In this document: piece after piece, positions 51,795 to 59,626 of the stretch
Numbering within the stretch: position 1 is the first letter of the stretch
Layout of the letters: the number at the start of each line of letters is the position of its first letter
Source of the DNA: Bacteroidota bacterium
GTDB lineage: Bacteria > Bacteroidota > Bacteroidia > AKYH767-A > OLB10
Assembly: GCA_016713525.1 (NCBI GenBank)
Contig: JADJOZ010000007.1
Coordinates: forward strand, 95,033-159,032
DNA: 64,000 bases
Reading direction: 5' to 3'
The notes under the pieces: model-generated
Databases searched by the model: none
The model's input: only the letters and a program-made list of their open reading frames with translations
What the model was told of the DNA's origin: nothing
Translations under genes and position numbers: made by a program

Positions 51795-53549
51795 ATGTTC
51801 AAGCAACTTTTAAAACAAATCACAAAAGGAGGAATATATCAGGCCATACCATCTGATAATATTCTGGAACGTCAGCGTTACACCCTTTTTAGCGTGTTTA
51901 CCTTTCTGGGAGCACTTTTATTATTGGCATTTACGATCGAAGAATACTCAATAAGTTCACTGGATGAGGCTCAAACTATATTATTTCTGGCTATTGCTTC
52001 TACACTGATCATCAATTACGTGGGTTTACAATTCCATCGTATCCCTGCAGTTGCCTATAGTATCAGTATCATTGCCGGTCTGGCATTGATTCATTGTGCA
52101 ACCTACTACTCAGGTGGGGTAAAAAACCCCGATTTTTTCTACATGGGATCAATTATCTTATACTCTTATATAGTGCTTGAAAATAAAGGGGGACGAATCA
52201 CACTTTGGCTTTCGGTCGCAAACATCATTTATTTTTATGCTTTAACCGACTTCACTGATCCGGGGATATACATTTCCCAACAATTGGATGATAGAGGAAT
52301 TGACGGCAAACACCTCTACACAGCAATAACAAGTATGTTCCTGATGACTTCTTTGAGTACCTACCTGGCATATTCAAAGAATGCTGTTATTCGAAGGATT
52401 GAAGATTCAAAAGCAGTTCTGGAAAAGAAAAATGAAGAATTACAGGAATTATCATTGGTGGCTAGTGAAACCGTTAACTCCGTAATTATTACCGATAAGT
52501 TTGGAAAAGTAGAATGGGTGAATGATGGATTCACCAGATTGACAGGCTATTCTTCTGAAGAAATTACAGGACAACCGAATTGCGATATGCTTTTTGGAAA
52601 TAAAAGTGACATACTTATCAGACAACAGTTAGCTGATTTAAACTTTGATGGAAACAATTTTAATGCTGAGATCATAAAGTATCGCAAAAACGGCGAAATG
52701 ATATGGGTTCAGGAAAATGTTACCAGAATAATTGATGAAACCGATCAGCTTACCAAATATATCTTCATTGAAAGCGATATCTCCGAAAGAAAGAAATCGG
52801 AGGAAAAGATGGCTGAATATCTGAAGAATCTTGAAAAAACAAATAAGGAACTTGATAAGTTTGCTTATGTTGTTTCTCACGATCTGAAGGCACCACTCAG
52901 AGCTATTGGAAATTTAACAGGATGGATCGAAGAAGATGCAGGACATTTACTTCCGGGTGAAGTCAGGAAAAATTTCAATTTAATAAAAGAACGAGTTGGC
53001 AGAATGGAGAATCTGATCAATGGTATTCTTGACTACTCCAATGCTGCAAAAAGAAATGATCAGTTTGAATTGTTCGACACAGGAACAATCGTTAAAGAAG
53101 CCGTAGAATTTCTAGGCCATAAGTCTTAGGTTAATTTCCAGGTACAAGATAAACTCCCTATGGTTTTGGCTGACAAAGTTAAAGTGCAGCAGGTTTTTAT
53201 GAACCTTATCGGGAATGCAATTAAATTTAATACCAAAGCCGACAAGCAGGTTAAAATTACATTTACTGAAACCGGACCATTTTATCAGTTCAGTATCAAA
53301 GACAACGGACCTGGAATTGACCCGCGTTTCCATGATAAGATTTTTGTGATATTCCAAACCATCAATACCCGTGATGAATTTGAAAGTACCGGTGTTGGTC
53401 TGGCAATTGTCAAAAAAATTATAGAAGAACAAGGTGGGCGCATCTGGGTAGAATCGCACGCCGGCAATGGAGCAACATTTCATTTTACCTGGCCGAAATA
53501 CCATGAGAACGCACAAATAAAAAGTGAACAATACGCTAAAGCAATATAA
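51795..53549 (+). CDS. membrane sensor histidine kinase 2 (paralog of kinase 1), interrupted by an in-frame TAG at 53127-53129
   Basis: ORFs 51795-53129 and 53160-53549 are in the same frame; intervening codons VNFQVQDKLP are typical kinase sequence; same domain order as kinase 1. Confidence 0.65.
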
Positions 53550-53559
53550 CAATTGAGGT

Positions 53560-53832
53560 ATGAGAAACGAAAAGAAAATAGCTGTAATAATGGAGCAGGT
53601 TAAGGAACTCACTGCACACATGGCACCTGCAGAAAAAGAATCCTTCCGTGACGAATTGCTGGCCTGGTTGCTGTTTGGCGAAATCGGAACTGCAAAAGAA
53701 ATTCAAACCAATGCTCCTTCCGGAATGCGTGGATTGACAGAAAAAGAAAAAGAAATGATCAAACAGCTTGCTGAAAGAACTGAGGCACTCTACAAAATAA
53801 GTCGCAGGATTGAAGACAGCGACTGTGATTAA
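53560..53832 (+). CDS. small protein of unknown function
   Basis: 90-aa ORF directly after kinase 2; overlaps the 3' end of convergent paaH. Confidence 0.3.
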   Translation: MRNEKKIAVIMEQVKELTAHMAPAEKESFRDELLAWLLFGEIGTAKEIQTNAPSGMRGLTEKEKEMIKQLAERTEALYKISRRIEDSDCD

Positions 53833-55000
53833 TCGTTGAAGAACTTAGATTTTTCAGCTGCCATTTTTTCAATAGCAATGAAGGCCTGTACCTGTCTTCC
53901 TGGTAGTCGGTTTGCAGGGAATTTAAAACTGACAGAACTTTGTCAACTCCCATTTCATCAGCCCATTTTAACAATCCTTTAGGATAATTCACACCTTTCA
54001 TCATAGATGTTTCTATGTCTGATGCTGTTGCTATCTTCAGGTAAAGTGCATCGACAGCTTCATTAATAAGCATTACCAATACTCGTGTAAAAATTGCTTT
54101 TCCTAAATATTCATTTTTCACAGGCTCTGGAACTGAACTATCAGGTCCATAATTATAATAGCCTCTCCCCGACTTCCTGCCAAACAATCCTGCTTCGTAA
54201 AGACGTTTTTGAGTTAATGAGGGTCTGTATCGTGGATCATAAAAAAATTGTTCCCAAACGGTTTCTGTAACTTTATAATTGATATCGTTTCCAATAAAGT
54301 CCATGAGTTCAAAAGGTCCCATTTTAAATCCTCCAAACTCTTTCATTGCCCAATCAATTGTGGCGAAGTCTGCAATACCCTCTTCATAAATCCGGATTGC
54401 TTCCCCATAGAATGGTCGGGCAATACGATTTACAATAAAACCCGGAGTATCTTTAGCCAGCACTGTAATTTTACCCCACGAATCAATCATTGCTCTGGCC
54501 TGGCTCACAGTATTTTCATCTGTGGTGAAAGCAGGAATGATTTCAACAAGTGGCATCAGATTGGCAGGATTAAAAAAGTGAATCCCTAAAACCCGTCCAC
54601 GATTTTGGCAGGCTGATGCTACCGACACCACCGATAATGAAGATGTATTGGTTGCAAGTATGCAGGATGGCTCAACTACGGCTTCAATACTTTTAAAAAG
54701 ACTTTTTTTAATATCAATATTTTCAATGATTGCTTCAATAATCAATCTGCAAGTCGAGAATCCCGCCACAGAATCTATTGTTTTAATTCTGTCCAAAATC
54801 AGTTTTCCTGCATCATCTGTAAGTTTGCCTTTTGCAACTGATTTAGTTAAAATATCGTTAATTGAAGAAACTGCTTTGTCGAGAGCCAGCGGGTTGGCAT
54901 CAAAAATTAATACATGATGGCCGGCTGAAGCAGCAACAAGTGCTATTCCACTACCCATGGCACCCGATCCCGCAACACCAATTATCCCTTTATTGCTCAT
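53759..55000 (-). CDS. paaH: 3-hydroxyacyl-CoA dehydrogenase (PaaH-like, with extra C-terminal domain)
   Basis: 413 aa; N-terminal Rossmann GVAGSGAMGSGIA; 3HCDH C-terminal domain. Confidence 0.75.
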   Translation of the reverse strand: MSNKGIIGVAGSGAMGSGIALVAASAGHHVLIFDANPLALDKAVSSINDILTKSVAKGKLTDDAGKLILDRIKTIDSVAGFSTCRLIIEAIIENIDIKKSLFKSIEAVVEPSCILATNTSSLSVVSVASACQNRGRVLGIHFFNPANLMPLVEIIPAFTTDENTVSQARAMIDSWGKITVLAKDTPGFIVNRIARPFYGEAIRIYEEGIADFATIDWAMKEFGGFKMGPFELMDFIGNDINYKVTETVWEQFFYDPRYRPSLTQKRLYEAGLFGRKSGRGYYNYGPDSSVPEPVKNEYLGKAIFTRVLVMLINEAVDALYLKIATASDIETSMMKGVNYPKGLLKWADEMGVDKVLSVLNSLQTDYQEDRYRPSLLLKKWQLKNLSSSTINHSRCLQSCDLFCRVPQFFQQAV

Positions 55001-55003
55001 AAT

Positions 55004-55777
55004 TTATTCTCCTTTAAACAAAGGAGTACGTTTTTCTAAAAATGCATTTACACCTTCTTTATAATCATAAGTTGCTGCCGATTTGGTTTGTAAATCCTCT
55101 TCCACATCCAACTGATCATCGAGATTATTGAACATCGACAAATTGAGCGCCCTTTTTGTATAACCTAATCCACGGGTTGGCATCTTAGCAAGTTGACGTG
55201 CAATTTTAAGAGATTCGTCCTGCAATTGATCATCGGCGCAAACCCGATATATCATACCCATTGCTAAGGCATCCTGAGCCTTAACTTTATCACCTAACAT
55301 CATTAATGCAGTCGCCCTTTGCAAACCTATTAAGCGGGGCAGAAAAAAAGTTCCACCACTGTCAGGTATTAATCCGATTTTGCTAAAAGCCTGAATGAAT
55401 GAGGCCGATTCAGCAGCAAAAACAATATCACAGGCAATTGCAATATTTGCGCCCGCTCCGGCAGCTACTCCGTTTACTGCACAAACAATAGGTTTTTCAA
55501 TTCCCCGCAAACGGGCAATTATTGGATTATAATGGTCCTTAACGATATCTTGCAAGCTTGGCCCATCTGTAGCAATTGCTTCAGCCAAATCCTGACCTGC
55601 ACAAAAAGCTCTTCCCATTCCTGTGATGTGAACCGCCCTGATCTGAGGATCTTTATCGCATTGATCCAAAACCTTTTGAAATGCTAATGCCATTTCCTTG
55701 TTGAAGCTATTCAATACATCAGGTCTGTTTAATCTGATTTGAGCTACGTTTTCTGAAATTTCAAATTGTATAGTCAT
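55004..55777 (-). CDS. enoyl-CoA hydratase/isomerase (PaaG-like)
   Basis: 257 aa crotonase fold (RAFCAGQDL, AVNGVAAGAGANIA). Confidence 0.7.
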   Translation of the reverse strand: MTIQFEISENVAQIRLNRPDVLNSFNKEMALAFQKVLDQCDKDPQIRAVHITGMGRAFCAGQDLAEAIATDGPSLQDIVKDHYNPIIARLRGIEKPIVCAVNGVAAGAGANIAIACDIVFAAESASFIQAFSKIGLIPDSGGTFFLPRLIGLQRATALMMLGDKVKAQDALAMGMIYRVCADDQLQDESLKIARQLAKMPTRGLGYTKRALNLSMFNNLDDQLDVEEDLQTKSAATYDYKEGVNAFLEKRTPLFKGE

Positions 55778-55887
55778 ATATCTTTTAATTGCGGCTAAAA
55801 TTAAAACAAAAGTTGCAATTCCAACCTGTATTTATCTAATCAATTAATTAACAAAAAGCTAAGATAATTACTAAAAAAACCATCCAA

Positions 55888-56412
55888 TCAATGGCATTTA
55901 AACTCTTCAAATGGTTGATGGCAATTATCGCAATAATGAAGTGCCTTGCACGCGGTAGAACCAAATGCGCTTGTTAATCGGGTATTCACAGCTCCGCAAA
56001 ATGGACAGGCCACAGCTTTGTTTTTCCCGGTGAGAATGGCCTTCAAGTGTTCTTCAGTAGATTGTGATGGAGGAGCGATACCGTATTTCCTCAATTTTTC
56101 TCTGCCAAGTTCTGAAATCCAGTCGGTGGTCCATGCCGGAGACATGACCATTCTAACTTTAAAATTTTGGATTCCATTCTCGACTAAGACTTCTGCAATA
56201 TTTTCTTCGATGGCTTTCATCGCCGGACAACCTGTGAAAGTTGGTGTGATTTTTATTTCATATGTTCCATCAATCAAGGCAACATCCCTTAAAATACCTA
56301 AATCGGCAATCGTAAGCACAGGAACTTCAGGGTCCTGAACCTGGGTAAGAAGGTTGCGAATGTGGGAAATATCAGAGGTGTCAGTCATGGGAAGGACTGA
56401 TTTTACAACCAT
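55888..56412 (-). CDS. paaD: phenylacetyl-CoA epoxidase subunit PaaD
   Basis: 174 aa; C-terminal Cys cluster CPFCGAVN...CKALHYCDNCHQPFEEFKCH. Confidence 0.8.
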   Translation of the reverse strand: MVVKSVLPMTDTSDISHIRNLLTQVQDPEVPVLTIADLGILRDVALIDGTYEIKITPTFTGCPAMKAIEENIAEVLVENGIQNFKVRMVMSPAWTTDWISELGREKLRKYGIAPPSQSTEEHLKAILTGKNKAVACPFCGAVNTRLTSAFGSTACKALHYCDNCHQPFEEFKCH

Positions 56413-57179
56413 TCAGCATCAGGGTATGCCCGGGGCAGAAATTGCATTTCAGCCAGAATATAACCCAAATATTCGGTATGATTTCCTTTTCTGCTACCGG
56501 TACGCATTGCACTGTTTACCTGTGGTATTACAAGTCCTGCTTTTACCATGGTCAATTGAACCGTTTCATTCCAAAGGGCACGAATCGCATTCAGGTCGGG
56601 TGCAATATTCTGACCAACAAGCAACGCATCAACTTCGTCACCATTGAAAAAATCATCAACATAAATCAATAAATCGTTAATCGATTGCTGAACTTTTTCA
56701 TGACTTTCTGTTGTCCCATCGCCTAAACGGATGAGCCAGTCACTGCTATGTCGAACATGGTACGCTACTTCTTTTACAGATTTAGCAGCAATAGCAGCCA
56801 GTTCTGCATCAGCACTTTTAGACAAAGCGCTATATAAAGGGAAATTATAAACACTGACTAAAAACTGTCTGACCATGGTATCTCCGAAATCACCATTTGG
56901 TTGTTCAGCCATCAGCAAATTACGGAACTGTCTGGCATCTCTGTGATAGGCTAATGTATCTTCGTTTCTTCCTTTACCTTCAATTTTGCCGGCATAATCG
57001 AGGAGTAATCTAGCCTGACCGATATGATCGAGTGAAATATTTGTCAATGCAATATCCTCTTCCAGAATTGGAGCATGTCCACACCATTCAGCAATCCGGT
57101 GTCCGAGAATCAATGATGTGTCACCCAGTCGGAGAAGGTATTCAAACAGGGCATTATTTTTTTCTAAGTTAGTATTCAT
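56403..57179 (-). CDS. paaC: phenylacetyl-CoA epoxidase subunit PaaC
   Basis: 258 aa ferritin-like; gene order paaA-B-C-D. Confidence 0.8.
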   Translation of the reverse strand: MNTNLEKNNALFEYLLRLGDTSLILGHRIAEWCGHAPILEEDIALTNISLDHIGQARLLLDYAGKIEGKGRNEDTLAYHRDARQFRNLLMAEQPNGDFGDTMVRQFLVSVYNFPLYSALSKSADAELAAIAAKSVKEVAYHVRHSSDWLIRLGDGTTESHEKVQQSINDLLIYVDDFFNGDEVDALLVGQNIAPDLNAIRALWNETVQLTMVKAGLVIPQVNSAMRTGSRKGNHTEYLGYILAEMQFLPRAYPDAEWL

Positions 57180-57192
57180 GATAATAAGCAGA

Positions 57193-57498
57193 TCAGGAAG
57201 TCCATTTTACTCCATCCGGAGTTTTATAAAAATTTGGGTGACGGTATAATTTGTCATTTGCAGGATCAAAGAATGAACCGACATCTTCAGGTGTTGAAGA
57301 AACCATGCATTCAGAGGGTACAACCCAAATACTTACGGCTTCATTTCTTCTGCTGTAAACATCTCTGGCATTCAGGAGAGCCATTTCTGCATCAGGAGCC
57401 CTGAGACTTCCAGCATGTTCGTGAGGTAAACCAGATTTTTTCTGAGTAAAAACTTCCCACAATTTCCATTGATTGGTGGGTATATTTGATTCTGACAT
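57193..57498 (-). CDS. paaB: phenylacetyl-CoA epoxidase subunit PaaB
   Basis: 101 aa; conserved WEVF...RRNEAVSIWVVP. Confidence 0.85.
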   Translation of the reverse strand: MSESNIPTNQWKLWEVFTQKKSGLPHEHAGSLRAPDAEMALLNARDVYSRRNEAVSIWVVPSECMVSSTPEDVGSFFDPANDKLYRHPNFYKTPDGVKWTS

Positions 57499-57556
57499 AA
57501 TGATAAATTTAACGGTGCAAGGTGTTAAAGGATTTCTGACAAAAAAATGACTGATA

Positions 57557-58510
57557 TCAGTTCATATGTTTTTTTGCATATGCTTCAGCAGCATCTCTGA
57601 CCCATTTTCCATCGGCATCTGCTTTTACTCTGGCGCGCAAACGTTCTCTGTTACAGGGACCATTTCCACTAACTACATTTTTAAATTCCTGCCAGTCAAT
57701 TTCACCATGTTCATAATGGCGGGTAGTTTCGTTGAATTTCAATTTTGGATCAGGAATTACTAATCCGATTGCCTCTGCCTGAGGTACAGTTCTATCTATA
57801 AATCGTTGTCTTAAATCGTCATTTGAATACAACTTAACCTTCCAGCGCATGAGTTCAGCACTATTTGGAGAGTCGGTATCGGAAGGGCCAAACATCATCA
57901 GTGCAGGCCACCAAAACCTGTTCATGGAATCCTGAGCCATTTCCTGTTGTTCTTTGGTACCACGCATCATGTAAGCCAACATCTGATAGCCTTGTTTATG
58001 ATGGAAATTTTCTTCTTTACAAATTCTTATCATCGCTCTTGAATAAGGACCATAAGAGCATTTTGCGAGTGCTGTTTGATTAACAATTGCAGCACCATCT
58101 ACCAACCAGCCTATTGCACCGATATCGGCCCAATTTAATGTTGGATAATTAAAAATCGATGAGTATTTCGCTTTGCCGGTATGGAGCTGATCTATCATCT
58201 CTCCCCGATCGATTCCCAGTGTTTCAGCAGCACTGTAGATATAAAGTCCGTGACCACCTTCATCCTGAACCTTAGCAAGTAAAATTGCTTTTCTGGCTAA
58301 GGAAGGTGCTCTGGTAATCCAATTTCCTTCAGGAAGCATTCCAACAACCTCTGAATGAGCATGTTGTGACATCATCCGAATCAATTGTTTCCGATATCTC
58401 TCAGGCATCCAGTCTTTAGGTTCTATCACTTCTCCCCTGTCAATTTTTGCCTGGAATTCCAATTCTCTTTCAGTATCTGTAGCTATCATAATCAAACCAT
58501 TTAATGACAC
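57557..58510 (-). CDS. paaA: phenylacetyl-CoA epoxidase catalytic subunit PaaA
   Basis: 317 aa di-iron ferritin-like oxygenase; E..H motifs ([18 protein letters not shown]). Confidence 0.85.
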   Translation of the reverse strand: MSLNGLIMIATDTERELEFQAKIDRGEVIEPKDWMPERYRKQLIRMMSQHAHSEVVGMLPEGNWITRAPSLARKAILLAKVQDEGGHGLYIYSAAETLGIDRGEMIDQLHTGKAKYSSIFNYPTLNWADIGAIGWLVDGAAIVNQTALAKCSYGPYSRAMIRICKEENFHHKQGYQMLAYMMRGTKEQQEMAQDSMNRFWWPALMMFGPSDTDSPNSAELMRWKVKLYSNDDLRQRFIDRTVPQAEAIGLVIPDPKLKFNETTRHYEHGEIDWQEFKNVVSGNGPCNRERLRARVKADADGKWVRDAAEAYAKKHMN

Positions 58511-58565
58511 AAAATTACCACTTTAATACGATGAAATAATGATTTTTATCAATTTCCTCTTGCAC

Positions 58566-58584
58566 GTGATTTTAATGAAATCAC
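58566..58584. promoter_or_regulatory. palindromic candidate operator GTGATTTTAATGAAATCAC upstream of paaA
   Basis: Perfect 7-bp inverted repeat with 5-bp spacer, 56-74 bp upstream of the paaA start codon. Confidence 0.35.
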
Positions 58585-58814
58585 TCATGTTTTAGCCTTA
58601 ATATATCATAAACTATTCACAATAAAACATATCTAATTGAATTTCAATCATCTTAATTAAAAATAGTTGATACTGAAAATCGCAAACGATAGTCTCCACA
58701 ACCTGTTTGGAGTAAAGATTTTTTCTATCTTTGCCGACTAATTTCATGGAGCACGCCTTCATTCGTGCCTAATCACCTGAAATTCAATTCAATAGGAATC
58801 CATATCAACAAATT

Positions 58815-59609
58815 ATGTTCATAATAAAATCATCTCTTGTCAAACAAAAAATGAGCTATTTTAGTTTTCTCCTTTTTGTTTTGATATCATTCTCTTCTTG
58901 CCTAAGCAGAAAGCATTATGATTATTTTCAGAAAGATACTGAAGCAAGAAAAAACATGGATACTTTGTCTATGCCTGATGAGTTTGAACCAAAAATTGAA
59001 GCAAATGACATCCTTGCAATTCATATTTCCAGCATAAATGCGGAAGCCGCCAGTTTTTTTAATCCGGCTCAGGCAAACGCAGGAGAAGCGGGAACAGAAA
59101 TGACGAATTATCTGGTTGATTTAAAAGGAGAGATTGAAATACCTTTGGTTGGGAAGTTAAAAGTACAAGGTCAATCAACCCGTGAAGTAAGAGAAGTATT
59201 GCGTCAAAAACTAGAAAAATATCTGCAGGATCCGTCTGTGAGGATCTATCTGGAATCTTTCAAAGTGACCTTATTGGGCGAAATAAAACTACCTGGAGTT
59301 TATCAGGTGAAAAATGAAAAGCTAACCTTAACAGATGCACTTGGACTAGCCGGAGATATGACAATATTTGGCGATAGAAAAGCAGTGATGGTAATCAGAA
59401 ATGTTAAGGGACAAAAAGTATTCTCAACACTGGATCTTACAACACGTGACATATTTCAATCTGATTTTTATTATTTAAGACCCGGAGATGTAGTTTATGT
59501 GCCAGCTGGAAAAGGAAGAATTGCAACTGCCGATACGTTTTATAGAATTGCCCCTCTGGTAATTAGTGTATTATCGCTGATTGCAATTTTAACAATAAGA
59601 GTAAATTAA
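58815..59609 (+). CDS. polysaccharide export outer-membrane protein (Wza-like, SLBB domain)
   Basis: 264 aa; probable lipoprotein signal (start likely at internal MSYFSF...FSSC); polysaccharide-export and SLBB motifs. Confidence 0.7.
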   Translation: MFIIKSSLVKQKMSYFSFLLFVLISFSSCLSRKHYDYFQKDTEARKNMDTLSMPDEFEPKIEANDILAIHISSINAEAASFFNPAQANAGEAGTEMTNYLVDLKGEIEIPLVGKLKVQGQSTREVREVLRQKLEKYLQDPSVRIYLESFKVTLLGEIKLPGVYQVKNEKLTLTDALGLAGDMTIFGDRKAVMVIRNVKGQKVFSTLDLTTRDIFQSDFYYLRPGDVVYVPAGKGRIATADTFYRIAPLVISVLSLIAILTIRVN

Positions 59610-59626
59610 TAACCATTTTCCGGAAA

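Noticed and set aside
53127-53129. Stop-codon reassignment (alternative genetic code) as the explanation for in-frame TAG and TGA
   Set aside because: All other genes in the window terminate cleanly with TAA, TAG or TGA at expected lengths. Only two internal stops occur, alongside many homopolymer indels. Error or mutation is far more parsimonious.
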